This document shows, in pieces, positions 37,476 through 46,837 of a stretch of 64,000 nt of DNA; positions within the stretch are counted from its first letter, which is position 1; each line of letters starts with the position of its first letter. Below the pieces are notes generated by a model, which saw only the letters and a program-made list of their open reading frames with translations, searched no databases and was not told the origin of the DNA. A program made the translations under genes and the position numbers. The stretch is from Mobula hypostoma (Eukaryota): contig NC_086100.1 in assembly GCF_963921235.1 (NCBI RefSeq), forward strand, positions 198,650,001-198,714,000. Reading direction: 5' to 3'.

Positions 37476-40199
37476 ATAGGGTGTCCAGGGAGGGGTAGCA
37501 CCTCATGATCGGCCCAGAGGCAGCTCATCCACCTTACCGGACACCCAGCTCCCACCTGCGGCTCCAAGTGTTTGCATGTGACAGCGGCCACACCCTGGTA
37601 CACCACTTCGACAGGCGGGCTAAACTCGGTGAGGGTAGCTGGGAGCCTTCGACCGCAGTGAGATAAGGATATCCCTAGCCGAGCCTGCGAAGCCAGTTCT
37701 GACAGACTGGGTGGATGAGATCAGTCAAGCAGCCGGTGCTGCAACGCTCTGTGGAGAGCAAAGGGCACGACAAGGCACAGAAGGCGTCACGGCTATCCAC
37801 TGCAGCCGAGGAGGTCTCCAGTCCTGATGACTTTTTTATACCATTGCAAGATTTTTGAGGCCGAGAGAGTAGAACTGTCTCAGTGCAACGGCTTTTTCAC
37901 TGTAAAACTCCTCCCGCTCAGGTCACATCATCAGGGGAACCAACACATATACAATCACGGCACAATTCAAAATGACTAACCAGTACGTCTTTAGACTTTG
38001 AGAGGAAACCAGAGCACCCTGAGGAAATCCAGGCATTCCACAGGAGGACAGACAAACTCCGTAGAGAAGACATCGGGATTGAAACTCAGAACTCTGACGC
38101 CCCGAGCTGTAACAGTCTCATGCTAACCAGTAATCTGTGGTGTGAAAGGCCACGACTCGGTTTCCTGCACTCCAGTGAATAAAGTCCCAGCCTGTCCAAC
38201 CTCTCCCTGTAACACAGGCCTCGAGTCCTGGCAGCGTCCTTGCAAATCTTCTTTGCAATCTCCCTGGTGTAGATAAGCTACAACCAAAGCTGAGCATGGT
38301 CCTCCAAGTGCAGTCTCACTAACATCATGTACAACTGTAACATCCTCCTACCGTACACAATGCCCTGGCCAATGGAGGCCACCGTACCAGACACCCTCGT
38401 CACTCCCTGGGACATCACTTTCAGCATTCATGTACTTGTGCTCCAAGCTCCATCTGTTCTACATGACACCCTCTTCTGGGACCTCACAACAGACAACCCA
38501 CGTTTGGCCACATCCCTCTAAACCTTTCCCATCATGTACCTTTCAAATGTTGTGAATGTACCTGCCTTAACCACTTCCTCTGGCAGCTCATTCCATTATC
38601 AGCACCCTATCGGCCAGGGATTCCCAACCTGGGGCCCGCAGACCCCTTCAGTTAACTGTAGGGGTCCGTGGCATAAAAAGGGTTGTGAACCCCTGCTCTA
38701 GGTGAAGAAGTTGCCCCTCAGGTTCCTGCCAGAGAAGGCGATCAAGTCAGATTTATTCCAGACATTTAGACAGGTAATCACTATGATCCCTCTATTTCAT
38801 GTTCTCAATATCTATTATTTTTTCTCTTTTGTATTTGCATATTTGGTGTTTGTTCTCCTGTTGGGTGTGGTCCTTCACAGATTCTATTATGTTCCTTTGA
38901 TTTACTATGAACCCCCACAAGAAAATGGATGTCAGGGTTGTACATACTTCGATAATAAACTCACTTTGAAAATTTAAACAGGCAAACGGCCTGATCGACG
39001 GGCCCTTTAGACAGGAGGATGAATAGGCAAAGTTTAGGATATGGACCTAATGTAGACAAATGGGATTAATGTGGATGGGGAAATGGTCTACATGGACGAG
39101 TTGGGCAAAAGGGCCTTTTCCTGTGCTTATGACCCCGAGACTTAATGAAATACAGACTGATGGTGACAAGCCTGTGACCATATAAAGCACATGGACACCA
39201 GCTCAGGGATGAGCTGTACTTTTCAATATCCTTCCTTCTTTTTCCAGCCTGTGCCAATCCCACAGTGCTGACCTCTTCCCACAGTCCTGTTATAATTGAT
39301 ATAGTCACATGCACAGGATATAGCATAAAGCTTGTCTTGCATACAGATCAAATCAGTGTATTTAGCTAGAACAAGGTAAAACAATAACAAGGCAGAAAAG
39401 GTATAAAATTAAATGTTGGCTGTTCACCGCCTGGCTCAATGAGTTACTCCAGCATTTTGTGTGCATTGCTCAAGATTTTCAGCATCTACAGAATCTCGTG
39501 TGTCTACTGAACAGCCTCTTAAAATCCGCTGTCATATCCACCACTAGTCCGGACAACCCATTCCATAACCTACCAACGTGCAACGAATCTATCCTCCACA
39601 TGCCCTTTAAACTCTCCCCATCATAAATACAAGCCCTCAGGCACATTTAATACATTTTTACCCTTGGAAAGAGACTCTAAGTCTACCCTACCTATGTCTC
39701 GCATAATCTTAAAAACTTACATCAGCTCTCCACTCAGCACCCAGCACCCCGCACCCCAGAGTGAACAACCCAAGTTTGTTCAACTTCTCCCAGTCTCTCC
39801 ATCAAGGGTAAAACAGATTTTGAAAAATGTTAAGTAGAACAGATAAAGGAAAACCAAGTGACACAGTGGATTTTTATAACTAACAAGTACAGTACTGGAA
39901 AAGTGTTGTAGTTAGGAACTCCCCTTACACATTCTAATGCCACCCTCTTGTTACTACCATCAAGGAGGAGGTACAGGAGCCTGAAGACACACAGTCAACA
40001 CTTTGGGAATAACTTCTTCCCCTTCGCCTTCAAATTTCTAAATGGACAATGAACCCATGAACAGTGCCTCTCTATTCCATTATAGGCACTAATTATGTAC
40101 TTAACCAATTTACAACAATTTTATGACTTTGCTGTCGCTAAGCAACTAATATCACTTCATAAAAAGCAGTGATAACCTGTTTCTAAGTCAGTGATAAGG

Positions 40200-41160
40200 T
40201 GAAAGCCGTGACTGCGAGACCTCCTCCCCATCACAGGCTTGCTCTTGGTCCAGTGGTCACACAGAAGGACGGGAGGAAGTCCCCCGCCGCAGCCTTTCTA
40301 AGGTGGGTCACCCTCACCCATCCTTGCCCGGGACCATCCAAAATTAGCGCCCCACCTCTGATTGGCTGCGATATACAGCAGGCCGCTAGTACAACACTCT
40401 GATTGGCTGCCTACCGACCAATACGGAGCAACCGCTTACACTAGCAATTCCTGCCATATCAGGGTACTTTGATTGGCCCGAGCCTCTGCGCCTTCATGTC
40501 AGGAGCCGCTCAATTGGTCAGAAGACTAAGGGCAAGGAAGTCCGGCACTGTGATTGGCTTAGGTGTATCTGTATACGTTGCCCTCGCCATCCCCGCCCTG
40601 CTACCCCAGGCGGGGGTAAAAGGATCCCCGGCCCCCCGATTGAGGCGGGTATCCGGCAATCCGCTTTGCCCCTGAGCACCAGCCTCCGGCCGCGTACAGG
40701 GAGAGTGGGGCAGGGAGGGCCACGGGTCGCGGATCTCGGAGGTACCGCCGCCCCGACGCGGTCACTCACCGATTCCCAGTGTCACGAAGGCCACCTGCAG
40801 CAGCAGCGAGAACCAGCTGAGGAGGTAGAGGAACCACATCGCGCCGCCAAGACCCAGCGCCTCACACGGCGCAAATAAGCACCGACAGCTGGTCGGGAAA
40901 GAGCGTAGAGGGGCGGGGCAACCGGCCGTGCCAACCTCCGGCAGTAGCGCCACCCATTGGTGGGGAGGTAAACCGGCGCGGCGGGCGTCCGCCTACAGCG
41001 CCGCTGTCAGGCAGGTAGGGGAAACAGGCGGGCGCACCCTCCGGAAACCGCGCCACCCACCGGCAGGGAAGGAGAGCGCCGCGGAGAACCTCCGGCCACA
41101 GCGTCACCTATCGGTGGGGAGCGGGGAAAATGAGGACGCGAGTTCCGGAGTGAGTCCCAT
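40200..41160. promoter_or_regulatory. CpG island / TEX261 promoter and first-intron regulatory region
   Basis: The most CpG-dense non-repeat stretch in the window. GC box GGGGCGGGGC at about 40910, ETS-like CCGGAAAC at 41041, ATTGG at 40956, and a cluster of CCAAT boxes at 40361-40557. Confidence 0.85.
40770..40839 (-). CDS. TEX261: TEX261 coding exon 1: MWFLYLLSWFSLLLQVAFVTLGI
   Basis: ATG at 40839 in a GGCGCGATG context, donor G|GTGAGT, 70 nt. The exons sum to 70+80+154+68+103+116 = 591 nt, i.e. 196 aa plus stop, with consistent phases. Confidence 0.97.
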
Positions 41161-41779
41161 ACGGTTGTGGGAACAGTTCAGTGTTGGGGTGAGTGAAGTT
41201 ATCCCCTCTGGTTCCAGAGCTTGAAGATTGAGGGGTAATGATGGTTGGTGATGAAGCATTTCAGCTCCTGTTCTAGAGATGGCTTGCATCCACTCCAGTT
41301 TACCTAGTGGAGCAACGGGTCCACAGCAGATGCCATCACGTTGGCCCTTCACTCAATATCTGGGCAGCAGAGCTCCGTACATCAGGATGTTCTTTATTGA
41401 TTACAGCTTTGCACCCAATACCATCATCCCCTCAAAACCTGGCCTCAGAACCTCCTTGTGCCATTGGATCCTGGATTTCCTCACTTGCCGACCCCAGTCA
41501 GTTCAGATCTCCATCAGCACAGCTGCACCACAAGGCTGTGTGCTTAGCCCCCTCCTCTTATTGCTTCACACCTATGACTGTGTGGCTAAGCACAGCTCCA
41601 TATACAAGTTTGAGGGTACAGAGAAGATTCACTAGAATGATTCCGGGAATGAGAGGGTTAACATATGAGGAACGTTTGTCCGCTCTTGGACTGTATTCCT
41701 TGGAGTTTAGAAGAATGAGGGGAGACCTCATAGAAACATTTCAAATGTTAAAAGGCATGGACAGAGTGGATGTGGCAAA

Positions 41780-44431
41780 CAACAGGAATTCTGCAGATGC
41801 TGGAAATTCAAGCAACATACATCAAAGTTGCTGGTGAACGCAGCAGGCCAGGCAGCATCTATAGGAAGAGGCGCAGTCGACGTTTCAGGCCGAGACCCTT
41901 CGTCAGGACTAACTGAAGGAAGAGTGAGTAAGGGATTTGAAAGCTGGAGGGGGAGGGGGAGATGCAAAATGATAGGAGAAGGCAGGAGGGGGAGGGATAG
42001 AGCCGAGAGCTGGACAGGTGATAGGCAGAAGGGGATACGAGAGGATCATGGGACAGGAGGTCCGGGAAGAAAGACGGGGGGGGGTGACCCAGAGGATGGG
42101 CAAGAGGTATATTCAGAGGGACAGAGGGAGGAAAAAGGAGAGTGAGAGAAAGAATGTGTGCATTAAAAAGAGTAACAGATGGGGTACGAGGGGGAGGTGG
42201 GGCCTAGCGGAAGTTAGAGAAGTCAATGTTCATGCCATCAGGTTGGAGGCTACCCAGACGGAATATAAGGTGTTGTTCCTCCAACCTGAGTGTGGCTTCA
42301 TCTTTACAGTAGAGGAGGCCGTGGATAGACATGTCAGAATGGGAATGGGATGTGGAATTAAAATGTGTGGCCACTGGGATATCCTGCTTTCTCTGGCGGA
42401 CAGAGCGTAGATGTTCAGCAAAGCGGTCTCCCAGTCTGCGTCGGGTCTCACCAATATATAAAAGGCCACATCGGGAGCACCGGACGCAGTATATCACCCC
42501 AGTCGACTCACAGGTGAAGTGATGCCTCACCTGGAAGGACTGTTTGGGGCCCTGAATGGTGGTAAGGGAGGAAGTGTAAGGGCATGTGTAGCACTTGTTC
42601 CGCTTACACGGATAAGTGCCAGGAGGGAGATCAGTGGAGAGGGATGGGGGGGACGAATGGACAAGGGAGTTGTGTAGGGAGCGATCCCTGCGGAATGCAG
42701 AGAGAGGCGGGGAGGGAAAGATATGCTTAGTGGTGGGATCCCGTTGGAGGTGGCGGAAGTTACGGAGAATAATATGTTGGACCCGGAGGCTGGTGGGGTG
42801 GTAGGTGAGGACCAGGGGAACCCTATTCCTAGTGGGGTGGTGGGAGGATGGAGTGAGAGCAGATGTACGTGAAATGGGGGAGATGCGTTTAAGAGCAGAG
42901 TTGATAGTGGAGGAAGGGAAGCCCCTTTCTTTAAAAAATGAAGACATCTCCCTCGTCCTAGAATGAAAAGCCTCATCCTGAGAGCAGATGCGGCGGAGAC
43001 GGAGGAATTGCGAGAAGGGGATGGCGTTTTTGCAAGAGACAGGGTGAGAAGAGGAATAGTCCAGATAGTTGTGAGAGTCAGTAGGCTTATAGTAGACATC
43101 AGTGGATAAGCTGTCTCCAGAGACAGAGACAGAAAGATCTAGAAAGGGGAGGGAGGTGTCAGAAATGGCCCAGGTAAACTTGAGGGCAGGGTGAAAGTTG
43201 GAGGCAAAGTTAATAAAGTTAACAAGTTCTGCATGCGTGCAGGAAGCAGCGCCAAGGCAGTCGTCGATGTAGCGAAGGAAAAGTGGGGGACAGATACCAG
43301 AATAGGCACGGAACATAGATTGTTCCACAAACCCAACAAAAAGGCAGGCATAGCTAGGACCCATACGGGTGCCCATAGCTACACCTTTAGTTTGGAGGAA
43401 ATGGGAGGAGCAAAAGGAGAAATTATTAAGAGTAAGGACTAATTCTGCTAGACGGAGCAGAGTGGTGGTAGAGGGGAACTGATTAGGTCTGGAATCCAAA
43501 AAGAAGCGTAGAGCTTTGAGACCTTCCTGATGGGGGATGGAAGTATATAGGGACTGGACATCCAAGGTGAAAATAAAGCGGTGGGGGCCAGGGAACTTAA
43601 AATCATCGAAAAGTTTAAGAGCGTGAGAAGTGTCACGAACATAGGTCGGAAGGGATTGAACAAGGGGTGATAAAACAGTGTCGAGGTATGCAGAAACGAG
43701 TTCGGTGGGGCAGGAGCAAGCTGAGACAATAGGTCGGCCAGGACAGGCAGGTTTGTGGATCTTGGGTAGGAGGTAGAAACGGGAAGTGCGGGGTGTGGGA
43801 ACTATAAGGTTGGTAGCAGTGGATGGGAGATCCCCTGAGCGGATAAAGTCGTTGATAGTGTGGGAGACAATGGCCTGGTGCTCCTTAGTGGGGTCACGAT
43901 CGAGGGGTAAATAAGAGGAGGTATCCGCGAGTTGTCGCTGTGCCTCGGCAAGGTAGAGGTCAGTACGCCAGACTACAACAGCACCCCCCTTATCAGCGGG
44001 TTTAATAATAATGTTAGGATTAGTGCGGAGGGAGCGGAGAGCAGAGCGTTCCGAAGGAGTGAGGTTGGAATGGGGACAAGGTGCGGTGAAGTCGAGACGG
44101 TTGATGTCCCGTCGGCAGTTGGCAATAAAGAGATCCAGAGCAGGCAGAAGACCAGAGCGGGGTGTCCATGAAGAAGAGGAGGGATGAAGACGGGAGAAGG
44201 GGTCATCGGTGGGGGTGGAAGAGTCCTTGCCGAAGAAGTAGGCTCGGAGACGGAGACGGCGGAAGAAAAGTTCCGCATCGTGGCGAACACGGAACTCACT
44301 GAGGTGTGGGCGAAGGGGGACAAACGTGAGGCCCTTACTGAGAACAGAGCGTTCTGCCTCCGACAGTTGAAGGTCGGAGGGGATGGTAAAGACCCGGCAC
44401 GGATGAGAGCTGGGATCAGAGGGGGGAGGGG
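41780..44431 (-). mobile_element. Penelope-like retroelement (probably Neptune-type), 5'-truncated, young
   Basis: 12-bp TSD GGATGTGGCAAA (41768-41779, 44432-44443). Uninterrupted RT-EN frame, followed by a pyrimidine-rich 3' UTR and a hammerhead-containing tail. Confidence 0.95.
41874..41911 (-). ncRNA. Minimal type I hammerhead ribozyme motif in the Penelope-like 3' tail
   Basis: Minus strand reads TAGTC-CTGACGA-AGGgtctcggCCT-GAAA-CG-TC^-GACTG. It has conserved CUGANGA and GAAA boxes, stem I TAGTC/GACTG, stem II AGG/CCT, a palindromic ACGT mini-stem III and a GUC cleavage triplet (cut predicted between 41879 and 41878). Confidence 0.8.
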
Positions 44432-44483
44432 GGATGTGGCAAAGTTGTCTCCCATGATGGGGGAGTCTAGTACGAGAGGGCAT
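42204..44483 (-). CDS. Penelope-like reverse transcriptase + GIY-YIG endonuclease ORF (759 aa; first 17 or so codons derive from flanking antisense CR1)
   Basis: IKPADKGGAVVV, FYLLPKIHK..PGRPIVS, FTLDVQSLYTSI, QTKGVAMGTRMGPSYA and RYIDD, then a Cys linker CKRNKCYTC and GVIYCVRCSRCGLLYIGETRRRLGDRFAEH. No stops or frameshifts. Confidence 0.9.
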   Translation of the reverse strand: MPSRTRLPHHGRQLCHIPPPPSDPSSHPCRVFTIPSDLQLSEAERSVLSKGLTFVPLRPHLSEFRVRHDAELFFRRLRLRAYFFGKDSSTPTDDPFSRLHPSSSSWTPRSGLLPALDLFIANCRRDINRLDFTAPCPHSNLTPSERSALRSLRTNPNIIIKPADKGGAVVVWRTDLYLAEAQRQLADTSSYLPLDRDPTKEHQAIVSHTINDFIRSGDLPSTATNLIVPTPRTSRFYLLPKIHKPACPGRPIVSACSCPTELVSAYLDTVLSPLVQSLPTYVRDTSHALKLFDDFKFPGPHRFIFTLDVQSLYTSIPHQEGLKALRFFLDSRPNQFPSTTTLLRLAELVLTLNNFSFCSSHFLQTKGVAMGTRMGPSYACLFVGFVEQSMFRAYSGICPPLFLRYIDDCLGAASCTHAELVNFINFASNFHPALKFTWAISDTSLPFLDLSVSVSGDSLSTDVYYKPTDSHNYLDYSSSHPVSCKNAIPFSQFLRLRRICSQDEAFHSRTREMSSFFKERGFPSSTINSALKRISPISRTSALTPSSHHPTRNRVPLVLTYHPTSLRVQHIILRNFRHLQRDPTTKHIFPSPPLSAFRRDRSLHNSLVHSSPPSLSTDLPPGTYPCKRNKCYTCPYTSSLTTIQGPKQSFQVRHHFTCESTGVIYCVRCSRCGLLYIGETRRRLGDRFAEHLRSVRQRKQDIPVATHFNSTSHSHSDMSIHGLLYCKDEATLRLEEQHLIFRLGSLQPDGMNIDFSNFR

Positions 44484-45719
44484 GACTTCAGGATTGAAGG
44501 GCGCCCATTCAGAACAGAAATGCGAAGAAATTTTTTTAGTCAGAGGGTGGTGAATCTATGGAATTTGTTGCCACAGGTGGCAGTGGAGGCCAGGTCATTG
44601 GGTGTATTTAAGGCAGAGATTGATAGGTATCTGAGTAGCCAGGGCATCAAAGGTTATGGTGAAAAGGCGGGGGAGTGGGACTAAATGGGAGACTGGATCA
44701 GCTCATGATAAAATGGTGGAGCAGACTCGATGGGCCGAATGGCCAACTTCTGCTCCTTTGTCTGATGGTCTTAAGTTTGCTGATGACACCACTGTTGTGG
44801 GCTGTCTCAGAGATAGTCATGAATCAGCATACAGGGGGAAGGTTGAACTTTGGCTGAGTGGTGTCATAACAACAGTCTCTCACTCAAAGTCATTATAGAC
44901 TTCGGGACAGGGGAATCAGAAGTCTGTCAGTCAGTCCTCAGTTGGCGGATCAGAGGTGGAGAGGGTTAGCAGGTTTAAATTCCTGGGTGTTACTATTTCA
45001 GAGGACTTGTCCTGGACCCAACTTGTGAGTGAAGTTACAAAGAAAGCAGAGCAACACCTCTACTTCCTTAGGAGTCTGCAGAGATACAGCATGACATCTA
45101 AAACTTTGGCCAACTTCTATAGACGTGTAGTGGAGTGTGTGTTGACTGACTGCATCACAGCCTGGTATGGAAACATCAATGTCTTTGAATATAAGATCAT
45201 ACAAAAGGTAGTGGACTTGGCCCAGTACATCATGGTAAAAGTCCCCCCAGCCATTAGGCATATCTACATGAAACACTGCTGTAGGAAAGGAGCATCCGTC
45301 AACAGAGATCTCCATCACATTTCTCTTTCTTGCCATCAGGTAGAAGGTACAGGTGCCTCAGGACTCCCACCATCAGATTCAAGAACAGTTACTACCCCTC
45401 AACCATCAGGTTCTCGAAGAAAAGGGGATACCTACACTCACTTGCCCCATCCTTGAAATGTTCCCACAACCAATGATCTCACTTTAAGGACTCTTTATCT
45501 CATTATCTCATGGTCTCATTACTTATTGCTATTTACTTCTATCTGCAGTTGCACAGTTTGTTGTCTTCTGCACTCTGGTTGATCTTTCATTGATCGTGTT
45601 ATAGTTACTATTCTATGGGTTTGCTGAGTATGCCCACAGGGAAATGAATCTCAGGGTTGTATATGGTGACATTCTATATGGTGTACTTTGATAATAGTAT
45701 TTACTTTGAACTTTGACTG

Positions 45720-46095
45720 TTCCTGAACCTGGTGGTGCATGTCCTGAGGCTCCCATGCAATAGGTTGTGGGAACATTTCAGTAATGGGGCAAATAAAGTT
45801 GTGTCAAGTTGTTCCCTTTGATTCAGGAGGCTGGTGGTTAAGGGGTAATAACTGTTCCTGAATCTGGTGGTGTGAGTCCTGAGGGTCCTGTACCTCCCTC
45901 CTGATGGCAGCAGTGAAAAGAAGCATGTCCTGGGTGATACAGGTCCCTGCTGATGGAGGCTGCTTTCCTGCGAAAGCGTTCGGTGTCGATGTGCTCAATG
46001 GTGGGGAGGGCTTTACCTGTGACGGGCTGGGCCATATCCATTACTTTATGTAGGATTTTCTGTTCAAAGGGGTTTCCATACGAGGCTCTGATGCA
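45720..46095 (-). mobile_element. Rex1/Babar-type 3' fragment in inverted orientation
   Basis: Reverse complement resembles 45200-45480 (AQPVTGKALPTIEHI...RKAASI). Confidence 0.75.
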
Positions 46096-46109
46096 AGAAG
46101 AACAAATTA

Positions 46110-46707
46110 GACACTACCAATACTACTACGGTGCTATAAAACTGTGCGTTAGTTCCTAATAGTTATCGGCAGAGGGATTCATCGAGTGTATGCAATGAAC
46201 AAAATCAGCGCAGACACACCCAGTGCAGATAATGGACTGGCTTCAGATCATGTTTTCTCCAAATTTCATTTTTATTATAATATTCAAGATTCTTCATCGC
46301 TTTTAACTTTCTGAGTTAGTGAAATAGTTTCATTTTCATTCCCAGCTGTTACTGGGTTCTTGAAGCTGAATGCTGGAAACCACAGTGAGGTAAAGAGTTC
46401 TGAATTGTCTTACTGCTTACCACTCACCAACTGCCAGTCAGAAAATCACTGCTTTTTGAGAACCAACACACAAAAACTATTTGACAACTGTTCGCTCTGA
46501 GCAGGGAGGAGTGTCGAATGGGCGCACAGGCGCATGTGACTGACAATGTTCAGCTACAGTCTCCAGTCCCAATTAAGCGGCTCAGTGTCCCAAATAAACA
46601 AAGGAAATCCTGGATATTTTCTAGACCAGTTTTTGCTCTTTAACAGTTGTCCCAAATAAATGGCTGCTCCAGTTAACTGATGGACAAATTAACCAGAATC
46701 CACTGTA
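46110..46707. mobile_element. Probable non-autonomous DNA transposon remnant (TA-target, Tc1/pogo superfamily)
   Basis: Ends in TTAACCAGAATCCACTG|TA, a CAGTG-type TIR with TA. The matching left TIR was not found. Confidence 0.4.
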
Positions 46708-46837
46708 TTTAACTGTGATATGTTTACTATGTATTACATGTATATTATATAACTATAAAAATATTATCTATTACATTAAAATACTTGTGTATTGCTTGAC
46801 AAACAAAATAAAATTTACAGGTGCTGGAAATCCGAGT

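Larger units (their letters stand above)
41613..44772 (+). mobile_element. CR1 3' fragment (about 500 bp of CR1 sequence) split by the Penelope-like insertion
   Basis: [16 protein letters not shown]...GMDRVDVA continues after the insertion as KLSPMMGESSTRGHDFRIEG...FFSQRVVNLWN. The 7-bp TSD AAGTTTG is at 41606-41612 and 44773-44779. Confidence 0.92.
41230..45715 (+). mobile_element. Rex1/Babar-type LINE split at the YKF|ADD motif by a CR1 insertion
   Basis: IRMFFIDYS...[10 protein letters not shown]...HSSIYKF (to 41612) resumes as KFADDTTVVG at 44773. It continues with ERVSRFKFLGVTISEDLSW...CITAWYGN and a tail ACTTTGAACTTTGA at about 45715. Confidence 0.88.

Noticed and set aside
40840..40953. 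N-terminal extension of TEX261 suggested by ORF 40762-40953
   Set aside because: It starts at a non-ATG codon in the promoter/5' UTR. The conserved protein begins at MWF (40839) and totals 196 aa.
42527..44455. Overlapping alternative ORFs within the Penelope element (e.g. 42527-43099, 43973-44455)
   Set aside because: They are off-frame shadows of the RT-EN ORF with no recognisable motifs.
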